Below, one piece after another: positions 1 through 9,121 of a stretch of DNA of 64,000 nt. The position numbers were made by a program, and so were the translations under genes. Positions within the stretch are counted from its first letter, which is position 1; each line of letters opens with the position of its first letter. The DNA comes from a virus (taxonomy: Duplodnaviria; Caudoviricetes), in IMG/VR virus record IMGVR_UViG_3300024259_001623; one strand, 5' to 3'. The notes below the pieces were generated by a model. That model did no database searches and was not told the origin of the DNA. It worked only from the letters and a program-made list of their open reading frames with translations.

Positions 1-508
1 AAGTACCTATAGACCCAGAATACCTTACTGTTCTGAAATCTTCAGAAACAGCTTTTAATGTAAAACGAGTAACATTCTCACTTGGTATAATAATGTCATC
101 ATCGGATTGAACATCAACAATTATATTTGCATATGGAACTAGATAACTATAAAGTGTATCATGCTCATTTCGACATCTTGACAATAACTTACTACATGCG
201 GCCTCATTAGCATCAACATAAATACTGCACTTCAAAGCCTCTCCAGCAGAAACGTCAATAGCAAATTCTTTTACAACTATGTTATTATATATATAGCCCT
301 TATCTTTGTCTACAAGATAAGAATCAAACAATATAGTATTATCCCTCAAAGAATCAAATATATAAGAGAAATAATCAAAAGACATTATATCGTCTACATT
401 TCTTGAAACCGGATAAAACTCTATAAGAATATTATATGAACCCTTTGTATCTTTTTCCATATATTCTATTTTATTTAATGGTAAAAGAGACTTACCTATT
501 TTTAACAT
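1..508 (-). CDS. Hypothetical protein, runs off the window start (3'-truncated); absent from the ORF track
   Basis: Manual translation: ATG at 508 after GGAG SD and the stop of the 518-1165 gene, MLKIGKSLLPLNKIEY...RYSGSIGT, no stop down to position 1 (about 169 codons). Confidence 0.8.
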   Translation of the reverse strand, partial: MLKIGKSLLPLNKIEYMEKDTKGSYNILIEFYPVSRNVDDIMSFDYFSYIFDSLRDNTILFDSYLVDKDKGYIYNNIVVKEFAIDVSAGEALKCSIYVDANEAACSKLLSRCRNEHDTLYSYLVPYANIIVDVQSDDDIIIPSENVTRFTLKAVSEDFRTVRYSGSIGT

Positions 509-517
509 GTTATTCTC

Positions 518-1165
518 CTATACCAAATCAGCCGTTTTTTCCATACATCTTTTTTCCCACATTGCATATCTCAAAATAAAAGGAGACTGTCCGATACTCT
601 CATCTCCATCAAGTATAAATTCATATATCTTACACAATGAGTCTATATTTTCAGATAATATCAACTTATCAATTTCTTGATAAAGTTTATCTAAAAATAT
701 TGCTTCTTCATCGTCAAATTCTACTCTTTCTAAATAATTATATCCCAATAAACTAACTTCCAATGATATATCATACATCATATCTGATGCATTTTTCATT
801 GATTCTTCTTCTGATTCTTTCCTAATCTTCCCAATTATAAAATTCAATTCATCATTTTTATTGATATCTAAATCGCCACCAAAAAACTTAACAGACTGAT
901 GCCAAGGAATATTTTTTAGTTGAGCGTTCAGAGATACTACATCTCCACTTCTCTTACAACCAAAGCAATAAAAATTATCATATTCCCCTGAATCATATAC
1001 TGCTAAAGAAGGATTATTATCATTATGATCAGGGAACGGACAGACATACATATATTTGCCCTTATATTGATATTCATAATTAATTCCTTCAGAAGATAAA
1101 AAATTCACTATCTTATTGGTAGATCTTATATTCTCTATGACATATTGACTTATTTTTTCAGACAC
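518..1165 (-). CDS. Stand-alone DNA primase zinc-binding (CHC2) domain protein
   Basis: CPFPDHNDNNPS...FYCFGCKRSGD matches the DnaG CHC2 zinc finger; no TOPRIM domain in 215 aa; directly downstream of the helicase. Confidence 0.85.
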   Translation of the reverse strand: MSEKISQYVIENIRSTNKIVNFLSSEGINYEYQYKGKYMYVCPFPDHNDNNPSLAVYDSGEYDNFYCFGCKRSGDVVSLNAQLKNIPWHQSVKFFGGDLDINKNDELNFIIGKIRKESEEESMKNASDMMYDISLEVSLLGYNYLERVEFDDEEAIFLDKLYQEIDKLILSENIDSLCKIYEFILDGDESIGQSPFILRYAMWEKRCMEKTADLV

Positions 1166-1167
1166 AA

Positions 1168-2718
1168 CTACACTCCCAACAATTCTTCAAAAGCATCTTT
1201 CTGAGTTTTTGTGATACCGGCTGCATCATCCTGGCTATCTATATCATCTATATCACTTTGAAAATCCAAATCCATATTATCAGAATCGTTGATTTTTTCC
1301 ATAATATTTTCTTGATTACCAGTATAGAAATTATCACTTATACTTTGTATCAAACTAATGTCTGGTCTTACTTCTAAAGTAGCTCTAGTAGAATTGTTAG
1401 CAAACATTTTCTTGCCGTATCTAGATTTGATGCAAAAGAAATTAATCCTTTTGCCTGGCTGCTGGGGGTCTTCCATCTGAACATACATAGCATCTGAATC
1501 AGCAGAATACTCGTGAGAACCTCGTATGTCTTCCGAATAGAACGCAGTCTTATTAGCCCCACTTCTTCTGATTCTCTTTAGAGCCTCTCTACCTATCTGA
1601 GCGCCAGAGACAACAGAGAAACCTTCTTCATGGACCGCTCCAGGCTTTCCCATCGTTCTCAAACCTTTCAGCATTTGACCGATTTCTAAATCATTTCTTC
1701 CTTTATTCCTGTCACTATCTGGAACTAAATTAGCTATATAATCAATAACTACCATGCTAGGCTTGAATACATCTACATGCTTTTCTATTTCTTTTCTAAT
1801 AACAGAAACTGGAACTTGATCATCAGCTTCCATAATAAAAAACTTACTTCCAGTTTCGGCCTCTTTATCTTTCAAATACTGGCTGAATCCTTTGACCTTT
1901 TCAAGTTCATCTTTATCTAAAAGAGTAGGATGCTCTAACTTATTAAAAGGTATCTGCAACTCTCTCGACATAAACTTCTGGAACATCTTTTCTCTAGGCA
2001 TTTCTAATGGAACATATAAAACATCTTTGCCTCCCTTGCTCCATACATTAGCTGCGACATTAAGCATAATTGTAGACTTATATCCTCCTACATCGCCGCA
2101 GAACAGCACCAGAGAACCAGGTGTAAAACCAACAACTAATGTTTCATCTATTTCTTTGATGAAACATTTAATATTAGTCTCATCTTCACCTTTTTCTAAA
2201 CGTTCAACAAATTTCTCATAATAAGTAGGAGAATAATCTGTTACAGATTCGTAAAATATTTCTTTTTTCTTTTCTGTATCAACAACAAGAGAACTCAATT
2301 TGTCCTCTAATTGTTTAGAAGCGAAAACGCTACCTTTTGCAGATACAGTCTTTTGATAATTTTCTATATACTCTACAGTCTGATCAGCGATATAAGATTC
2401 TACAATCTTGCTGCTTAATTCAGGAAAATCATCTCTACTAGTATTTAACGTATTAATATTATTATACAAATATTCTTGAGCCTGTATCTCCATTTTGGAA
2501 GATAAATACTTATGAAGAAAACTCACAAACGTCTTTCTAGTTAACAAAACGTCATTATTAAATGCATATATAACAGCATTTAATATCATCTGATGAGAAC
2601 TATCAAAATATTCTTCTTTTAAAGCACTTCCAGCCCAGTCCGAAACCAAATCTTTGTATTTTATAAGCAAACTTATAAAATCTCTTTCTATTTTAATTTT
2701 TTCTTTTTTTGATATCAT
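1168..2718 (-). CDS. dnaB: Replicative DnaB-like helicase
   Basis: N-terminal DnaB-like helical region, Walker A variant GDVGGYKST, LEM, Walker B VVIDY, AQIGRE, KSRYG. Confidence 0.85.
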   Translation of the reverse strand: MISKKEKIKIERDFISLLIKYKDLVSDWAGSALKEEYFDSSHQMILNAVIYAFNNDVLLTRKTFVSFLHKYLSSKMEIQAQEYLYNNINTLNTSRDDFPELSSKIVESYIADQTVEYIENYQKTVSAKGSVFASKQLEDKLSSLVVDTEKKKEIFYESVTDYSPTYYEKFVERLEKGEDETNIKCFIKEIDETLVVGFTPGSLVLFCGDVGGYKSTIMLNVAANVWSKGGKDVLYVPLEMPREKMFQKFMSRELQIPFNKLEHPTLLDKDELEKVKGFSQYLKDKEAETGSKFFIMEADDQVPVSVIRKEIEKHVDVFKPSMVVIDYIANLVPDSDRNKGRNDLEIGQMLKGLRTMGKPGAVHEEGFSVVSGAQIGREALKRIRRSGANKTAFYSEDIRGSHEYSADSDAMYVQMEDPQQPGKRINFFCIKSRYGKKMFANNSTRATLEVRPDISLIQSISDNFYTGNQENIMEKINDSDNMDLDFQSDIDDIDSQDDAAGITKTQKDAFEELLGV

Positions 2719-2721
2719 ATA

Positions 2722-3495
2722 TTATAACTCTATAAAACATGTCCTAGAAGAACCAATCACTTTTGTTATAGCTAAACCTAAATCATCTTCGCTTTGTTTT
2801 TGTTTAACATTAAATCTAAAAACAAAAATAGTTGGCAATCCATCTCTAATTCTTTCTATGAAAAATGGATTCATCATTTCACGCTTCCATCTTGTACTGG
2901 AATAAGGAATATCTTCTACAACGAGCCAATCTGCCGATCTTATATCAGATAACTCAGATTCCTCTTGTTTCCGTACCATGTCTTCCAATATAGCATATTC
3001 AATCCAATCATATGTTTGAGCCAAATCTAAACCATTATTAACTCTACTCTTTATAGCTTCTTTCATAATTAGAGAAGCACAAAAAGTTTTTCCCTTTTGC
3101 TCAAACGACTTCACTTTAGGATATATGACAACGTTATCACAGTTGCTTTTTCTCTTATTGATTATAGACACATTATCCAATTCTTTTTGATCCATAGAAT
3201 TGATTTTGTCTAAAGGAATATTCCCCCAGCAATATTTGACTATTTCTTTTTTAGCCGCGACCGCGACTTTAGGCTCTAGCACCTGCAAATTATGTTCTGA
3301 TAATCCATCAAAATCTTTTATGGAGAATTTATAATAAGGTTCAGGTATCACAGCCCTCAAGTATGCTTGAGTCTCTGCAACCAAAGAGCAGATATATCTC
3401 TCTTCATCGGAACATGAATTTATGTCTTTTACTCCGAAAAATTTATATGCAAATATATCTTCTAATTTTGTTTTAAGATCGTTTATGTTTTTCAT
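2722..3495 (-). CDS. DnaC/IstB-like helicase loader (degenerate AAA+)
   Basis: IPEPYYKFSIKDF, KGKTFCAS, 'IRSADWLVVEDI', 'FFIERIRDGLPTIF' resemble DnaC/IstB; adjacent to the DnaB-like gene. Confidence 0.65.
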   Translation of the reverse strand: MKNINDLKTKLEDIFAYKFFGVKDINSCSDEERYICSLVAETQAYLRAVIPEPYYKFSIKDFDGLSEHNLQVLEPKVAVAAKKEIVKYCWGNIPLDKINSMDQKELDNVSIINKRKSNCDNVVIYPKVKSFEQKGKTFCASLIMKEAIKSRVNNGLDLAQTYDWIEYAILEDMVRKQEESELSDIRSADWLVVEDIPYSSTRWKREMMNPFFIERIRDGLPTIFVFRFNVKQKQSEDDLGLAITKVIGSSRTCFIEL

Positions 3496-3496
3496 A

Positions 3497-4591
3497 TTAA
3501 ATATCTATGCCTATCTCTCCACTTTTCCCGACTTTGGTATCATCTCCATTTGCAGGGACACATCTATCTGTTGCCCAATCTCTCATTTCATCGAAATCTT
3601 CTTTTCTCATTGCATACAATGGCTTAAAAGTACCAGCAGCAGTTACAAGATCTTCTGTTTTAATCTCTCTTGCATTATCTCCAAAAGCCTCAAACATGGC
3701 AGTAATGATGCATTTTTCTATTTCCGCACCGCTATAATTTTCTGTAACAGAAGATAATTTGCCAAGATTAAAATCTTTAGGCTTTCTGTTATATCTTCTC
3801 AACAATACTTCAAAAATCTCTCTTCTTTCTTTTGGATTAGGAAGATCAACAAAGAACGTTTCATCAAATCTGCCTGCTCTCATAAATTCTGGGGGGATAG
3901 CCTCATGATCATTTGCAGTACAGAACATAAAGACTGGTGCGGTTTTTTCTTGCATCCAAGTCAAGAACGTTGACACTACTCTACTCGTCGTTCCGCCATC
4001 AGTCTGTCCACTCGATTTTGCTCCAGCTAATCCCTTTTCAATTTCATCACACCATAAAACACAAGGTGCAATCGCTTCTGCTAATTTGATAGCATTTCTG
4101 GAAGCTTCTTCTGATTCTCCTACGTAAGAACCAAACAACTTGCCAAAATCCAATCTCAATAAAGGCATCTGATATAAATCTGCAACAACCTTAGCACATA
4201 AAGACTTTCCCGTATTATGAGAAACAATTCCATTAGAGTAATACTTATGACTTTCGCTTAAAACCTCCAAGTCATAAGTATTATACTTTTCAGATAAAAA
4301 TTCCTTAGTAACAATTTCCACAAATCCATTATCTGTTTCTACCAAATCCTCATTAACAGATAATTGTTCTAAAGACTGCCATCCATTTTTTGTATTAACA
4401 CAATGATCACTGGAGCATTTTAAAACTCTACCATCAGATAATGTCAAACAATAACACTCCTTATTACCCTTATTTACCAAACTACCTATTTTTTGCCACC
4501 CATCAGGCGTATCTATTTCGAACTCGCCTTCTTCTTGAGAAAGTTTAAAAAAATCCTCAATCGCCATTTCTTGTTCGTCATAAAGTTCCAT
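3497..4591 (-). CDS. C-intein (126 aa) fused to the C-terminal half of a Ycf46-like AAA+ ATPase
   Basis: Intein block B (KCSSDH), block F/G (TYDLEV...YYSNGIVSHN), then TGKS, Walker B WCDEIEK, TAN, SRH PPEFMRAGRFDE; own SD AAGGAG. Confidence 0.93.
   Translation of the reverse strand: MELYDEQEMAIEDFFKLSQEEGEFEIDTPDGWQKIGSLVNKGNKECYCLTLSDGRVLKCSSDHCVNTKNGWQSLEQLSVNEDLVETDNGFVEIVTKEFLSEKYNTYDLEVLSESHKYYSNGIVSHNTGKSLCAKVVADLYQMPLLRLDFGKLFGSYVGESEEASRNAIKLAEAIAPCVLWCDEIEKGLAGAKSSGQTDGGTTSRVVSTFLTWMQEKTAPVFMFCTANDHEAIPPEFMRAGRFDETFFVDLPNPKERREIFEVLLRRYNRKPKDFNLGKLSSVTENYSGAEIEKCIITAMFEAFGDNAREIKTEDLVTAAGTFKPLYAMRKEDFDEMRDWATDRCVPANGDDTKVGKSGEIGIDI
4214..4591 (-). mobile_element. Split intein, C-terminal fragment (126 aa)
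   Basis: Ends in His-Asn (AAT at 4214-4216) with +1 Thr; contains blocks B, F and G but no block A. Confidence 0.9.
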
Positions 4592-4595
4592 TTTT

Positions 4596-5489
4596 TTACT
4601 CCTTCAATAAAAATTCCTTAATAAACACATCATCCCACTTTTTTATGAACTTAATTTTCCCATCAAGATATAAACCCTTCAGTTGTTCAGGAGGCATAAT
4701 TTTTACATCAATAATTCGATATTCCATATCATTATCTTTACAAAAAATTTTAGCAGCCTCAACCTTTCTTCTATTATTATCTGTAAACATTAATTTTTTA
4801 GGTTTTATTTCTAATAGCAAACTCTCTTCAATTATAAAATCTGGTCTATATGTTCTACTTCTACCTTTAAAATCTATATATGGAATATTTATTGCCCCCT
4901 CAGCACTTCTCCATTTCAAATTATTTTTTTCAATTACATTAATCATATATGACAACTCACGTAATGATCTAAAATACCAATTATTATACCATCCAGACCA
5001 CCCCCCTCCAGAACCTTTAGGAGAAGGCTTGCCATACATGGGATTATTTTTTCCAGACATTTTTTTAGACTTTATTTCTGCTATCTCTTTTTTTCTATTA
5101 TCTGCATAATTTTTTCCATATTTTGCAACCCAAATATCATATACACTTTTTCCATACATAGGATTATTCTTACCAGAAGTTACATTTGACATTGTTTCCC
5201 TAAAACTGTCTTTTTGTGTATAAGACCTATCCAAACTCTTTAATTTATCTATTGTCTCTCTTGTATGTCTTTTTCCATAAAAAGGATTATTTTCCCCCAT
5301 ATATTTCTTTTTATGTCTATCTGATAATGCATTATACTGTTTTTTCCCCTCATCCGTTAATGCGTACAACTTAAGAGAACAAGACAAACAGGGCTTATTA
5401 CTTCTTATCGCTCTTCTTTTTCCCTTTTCTGTTGTATATGATATCACCTTTTTACACTTAGGACACTCTCTTGTAAACTTTTTTTCCAT
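4596..5489 (-). CDS. Free-standing homing endonuclease-like protein (Zn finger, NUMOD3 repeats, TnsA-N-like PD-(D/E)xK domain)
   Basis: CPKC...CLSC; three NP(F/M)YGK motifs (NUMOD3-like); YRPDFII...LLEIKP...KVEAAKIFC. Start probably ATG 5489 (AGGAG SD) rather than 5528. Confidence 0.8.
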   Translation of the reverse strand: MEKKFTRECPKCKKVISYTTEKGKRRAIRSNKPCLSCSLKLYALTDEGKKQYNALSDRHKKKYMGENNPFYGKRHTRETIDKLKSLDRSYTQKDSFRETMSNVTSGKNNPMYGKSVYDIWVAKYGKNYADNRKKEIAEIKSKKMSGKNNPMYGKPSPKGSGGGWSGWYNNWYFRSLRELSYMINVIEKNNLKWRSAEGAINIPYIDFKGRSRTYRPDFIIEESLLLEIKPKKLMFTDNNRRKVEAAKIFCKDNDMEYRIIDVKIMPPEQLKGLYLDGKIKFIKKWDDVFIKEFLLKE

Positions 5490-5532
5490 AGCGATAGTCT
5501 CTCCTATTGGGCATTCCTGGAATCGCACTATT

Positions 5533-6549
5533 CTATTTCTTATATATTTTTAATTTTCCTTTATTAGAAATTTTTCTTACTTTTATTTTTGTTTCAGGAA
5601 AAACACAACCAGGCATCCCAATTGTCATAACTCCTTTAGGAAAAGGCAACCCATATTTAGAAGCTTCAGAACTGAATCCAACCTTTCTTCTTTCTAGCCA
5701 AGTCATCATATTTTTAAGACCACCGACATCCTTGACAGAGAATTTAGGTTCAAAGAACTCTAAAATACCTTTCTTCCTGATAGTCTGCTGCTTTTCTTTC
5801 AAAATACAATTTATATCAAACTTATTGTGAACAACAATGGATTTAGAAAATGCCATTTGAGCATCTACCAGTGTCAATCCATTAGCAGCCTTTACAATTT
5901 CATCTTCATTTTTCTTAGTCTCTTTAGGAAGATTAGGCAACTTATTTTGAGACTGTATTGCATTAACCAATGACCACAAAGCATTTTTTATCTCATTCTC
6001 GTTAGGATATGGAAAATCCAAAACTGATACTATATCTTCTGTAGCAGGCGTAGTAACAAAGAATGGACCTGTCATAACAACATGAGTCATAGACTCAATA
6101 TCAGCAAACGCCTTCAATCTTCTTTCCAAATCCGGTGGAGCATCATCTAAATACCTATGAAAATCTAAAAGGATATATATATTACCAGAAATCCCTTCGT
6201 CTCTGAAATTCTTTATATTAGCTTCATCCTGCTTGGCACTAGATATAATATGTTCAAGAGCGACCAAGGGATCAGTCAAATCCTCAGAAACTCCAACAGC
6301 TTCCTTTTCTGTTATAAGATCCAATAACCCGTTATAGCAATCCCATATAAAAACTTTATAACCTCTTACGGCAGCAAGATGCCTGAAATAAACTTTCAAT
6401 CTCTGCTCTTCCACGCAGGTCAGATAAACCAAAGGAGCGCGACTTCTTAATAGAGCAAGAATATCATTAGTAAAATCTTCTGTTGCCATTGAGTCTAAAG
6501 CTTTTTGATGCTCTTGATCCAACGTTGATGCTTCTTTTTTCTTAGCCAT
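5533..6549 (-). CDS. N-terminal half of Ycf46-like AAA+ ATPase fused to a 24-aa N-intein
   Basis: LLRSRAPLVYLTCVEEQR, LLDFH, DVGGLKNMMTWL, LPFPKGVMTIGMPG, then CVFPETKIKV... and stop; Walker A is interrupted after GMPG. Confidence 0.92.
   Translation of the reverse strand: MAKKKEASTLDQEHQKALDSMATEDFTNDILALLRSRAPLVYLTCVEEQRLKVYFRHLAAVRGYKVFIWDCYNGLLDLITEKEAVGVSEDLTDPLVALEHIISSAKQDEANIKNFRDEGISGNIYILLDFHRYLDDAPPDLERRLKAFADIESMTHVVMTGPFFVTTPATEDIVSVLDFPYPNENEIKNALWSLVNAIQSQNKLPNLPKETKKNEDEIVKAANGLTLVDAQMAFSKSIVVHNKFDINCILKEKQQTIRKKGILEFFEPKFSVKDVGGLKNMMTWLERRKVGFSSEASKYGLPFPKGVMTIGMPGCVFPETKIKVRKISNKGKLKIYKK
5536..5607 (-). mobile_element. Split intein, N-terminal fragment (24 aa, block A only)
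   Basis: CVFPETKIKVRKISNKGKLKIYKK starts with Cys1 exactly at the Walker A break and fits block A (C-h-x-x-D/E-T-x-h). Confidence 0.88.
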
Positions 6550-6584
6550 GAAAAATCTCCATTTCTTCTTCTATAAAAAATTTA

Positions 6585-7109
6585 TTAAGTCTTAGACACG
6601 TTAGGCAACAACACAGTAGAGATCGTAGAACCTGACATAGAAGGAGCGCTCCATGTGGCGATCTCCGAAAACGGGCTAACAAACTCCTTGAACCTAACCA
6701 TAGCTTCGTCCGACATACTTCTATTTCTTCCCTTTAGTCTCAAAACATACAAAACTTTGTATCCCTTGTCTAGGAATTGTCTTGCCTTTTTATTTTTGAC
6801 TTGCAAATCATGATCGCTTATATTCAAGCCATTAGAAGAGCCATGACCAATGCGTATTTCTTTAGTAACGCTGACATGATGATTCTTTTTTTTGTTTTTC
6901 CCTTCTTTGTACTTCATCTTGCCATAATCAATAATTTTGCATACTGGATTACTTCTATCTTGAGAAAATTGAACTAAATTCAACCCCTCTTCCTCAGCCA
7001 TATTGATAGCGACTTGCTTATCGACTATACCAACATTTTCTCCACTAGACGAAATCAATCTTACGGATTTGCTTTCGATCTGATAATCCACCTTCTTGTT
7101 TTGGACCAT
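6585..7109 (-). CDS. infC: Translation initiation factor IF-3
   Basis: VRLISSSGENVGIV, AEEEGLNLV, PVCKIIDYGKMKY, KEIRI, DHDLQVKNKKARQFLDKGYKV, LKGR. Confidence 0.95.
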   Translation of the reverse strand: MVQNKKVDYQIESKSVRLISSSGENVGIVDKQVAINMAEEEGLNLVQFSQDRSNPVCKIIDYGKMKYKEGKNKKKNHHVSVTKEIRIGHGSSNGLNISDHDLQVKNKKARQFLDKGYKVLYVLRLKGRNRSMSDEAMVRFKEFVSPFSEIATWSAPSMSGSTISTVLLPNVSKT

Positions 7110-7111
7110 TT

Positions 7112-8038
7112 CTAATTAACTCTCCTTATTTTCCAATTTGGAAATTCATTAAACTTTATTTCTTCGTTAAAACTAAAATCAATACCACACTTTGTCTCAA
7201 AAAACATTTTGAATTCTTTAATATCCTTAAAAACGAAATCACTAGGATATTCAAAATTATTATTAATATCCAAAATATCGTTTAGCACCTTACTTTCTTT
7301 ATTATATATGTCCAACAACGCACATGAAACTTTTTTAAATGCATTTTCTTTAGACATATTTTTTTCCATCATAAAAAAGTTGACTGGAATAATTACGCCA
7401 AAATTCAAAACTAAACTATTAACACTCAAAAGATAAAAATCTTCTACATCAGACAGAGAGACATATACATCTTTTTCTTTTTGAATCTCCTGCTGGTCTT
7501 CGCTAAATTTATCTTTAACATTAGTTTGCTTAACGCTTGCTTTATAATTGTAAGATGATATAAAAGAATCTATAGGACTATATTCTCTCATGTCTCTCAA
7601 CCAAAATTTTGACTTTCTTTCTAAAACATAATAGTCTAACCAATTATTATAGAAATAATCGATATAATCTTTAAGAACGATATTATCACAAAATCCAAAA
7701 TACTCTCTTATAGATTCTTTAATATTACCTAAATATGTAACAACTAAAGTAGATTTCATATCCCAAATTCTGTGATACTTCTCTTTGAATTCACCAGACA
7801 TATATATTGTGAAATCTCTTTGGTTCCAATTTAACAAACTGTCTTTTTTTATAACCCATTGACTCTTGGGAGCTACATATATGTCTTCCCAAGAACTTTT
7901 ACTATTCTCTATTATCTCAACTTCCTGAGATTCAATTTGTTTAAGTCTATTATCCTTTTTATTATTACCAGTTTCAGTTTTCTTTATAGCACTAGATATA
8001 ATAGATTCAACATTCATATTTTTATTCTTCCTTTTCAT
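7112..8038 (-). CDS. Hypothetical protein
   Basis: 308-aa ORF tightly packed with neighbours; no recognised motif. Confidence 0.8.
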   Translation of the reverse strand: MKRKNKNMNVESIISSAIKKTETGNNKKDNRLKQIESQEVEIIENSKSSWEDIYVAPKSQWVIKKDSLLNWNQRDFTIYMSGEFKEKYHRIWDMKSTLVVTYLGNIKESIREYFGFCDNIVLKDYIDYFYNNWLDYYVLERKSKFWLRDMREYSPIDSFISSYNYKASVKQTNVKDKFSEDQQEIQKEKDVYVSLSDVEDFYLLSVNSLVLNFGVIIPVNFFMMEKNMSKENAFKKVSCALLDIYNKESKVLNDILDINNNFEYPSDFVFKDIKEFKMFFETKCGIDFSFNEEIKFNEFPNWKIRRVN

Positions 8039-8039
8039 T

Positions 8040-9119
8040 CTAATAAGATATTATCAAGAACTCCTTACCAATAGGATTCTTTCTATATTTATACTTGTAA
8101 CCTATGTCAGTTACCTTTACTGTTTTTTTGAAATCTTTTACGATTTTTTTTATTACATCTATACTCTCCCAGCTAGAATCATTATAACTTATTACCCAAC
8201 AAGGTAGATACGATAATCTATCGAGTAGGTCTACAAAATTATTTTTATAATCAGATTTGTTAACAAACTTTTTACTATCTATTTGTCTGTTTTTAGGACA
8301 TGCAAATTCTTCAAAAAAATTATACATATCGTGATAATCACTTTGACTCCCCCCATATGGAGGATCAATATAAACTAAATCCGCTTGAGGTTTTATCTTA
8401 TCTAAAAATTCTATAACATCCAAATTATACGCTTTAGATTTTTCAGATATAACAAAATCATTCTCATTAAAATCAGGCCAAATCATCTTATGCAGATTCA
8501 TAGATTCGCCCCTATTCCTCTTATGGTTTAATCTATGATCTAAGTCTGCAAGAACTTGACCTCTATTAAGACGACCTCCCAGAAAACATCTATCCATTAT
8601 GAATAACTGTATACTTATCATCGCCATACAATATCCGATATCATCTTTATCAGATTCAAATATACTCAAAGCATTTTGTTTAAAATTGTTTAATTCTTCT
8701 GCTTCATCTTGCGTAAATCTATTTATAAATTTTTGACTTATAAATCCATCAGCATTGTTTTTATTATGTATTAAATATTTTCTATCTTCATCGTTCAATA
8801 CATATGAATTGTTTTCAACAAAACATTTTGCGTAGAGAAAGGAACTGTAAAGAATATCATTTGAGATAACTTCTTTTCCAAGAATTTTCATAACCATAGA
8901 AAAGGATGCGCTACCGCTAAAAATATCTAAAACAGAATCAAATTTAATGCCTTCTTTCTTGATTTCTCTGATTATATAATTTAATATTTTTCTCTTATTA
9001 CCTATGTACGGATTTTTAATTCCGTTAATTCTATCACATGCATAATCCAATTGAGATTCAAAAGTTCTTTCACATGATCCGGTATCAAAATTTATTTCTT
9101 CTGGACAAGAAAATTTCAT
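8040..9119 (-). CDS. DNA N6-adenine methyltransferase (D12/Dam-FokI-like)
   Basis: PYIGNKRK, DIFSGSASFS (SAM binding), YIDPPY (motif IV), ISYN, EFLI. Confidence 0.9.
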   Translation of the reverse strand: MKFSCPEEINFDTGSCERTFESQLDYACDRINGIKNPYIGNKRKILNYIIREIKKEGIKFDSVLDIFSGSASFSMVMKILGKEVISNDILYSSFLYAKCFVENNSYVLNDEDRKYLIHNKNNADGFISQKFINRFTQDEAEELNNFKQNALSIFESDKDDIGYCMAMISIQLFIMDRCFLGGRLNRGQVLADLDHRLNHKRNRGESMNLHKMIWPDFNENDFVISEKSKAYNLDVIEFLDKIKPQADLVYIDPPYGGSQSDYHDMYNFFEEFACPKNRQIDSKKFVNKSDYKNNFVDLLDRLSYLPCWVISYNDSSWESIDVIKKIVKDFKKTVKVTDIGYKYKYRKNPIGKEFLIISY

Positions 9120-9121
9120 TT

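Noticed and set aside
4592-5532. Group I intron inside a contiguous mini-intein as the explanation for the split AAA gene
   Set aside because: Non-coding flanks are only about 4 and 43 nt, too short for a ribozyme core. The downstream half has its own SD and ATG, and the halves show complementary charge.
4645-5830. Plus-strand ORFs of 154 aa and 107 aa, and the other short alternative-frame ORFs in the track
   Set aside because: They lie entirely within well-supported minus-strand genes and show no motifs; treated as shadows.
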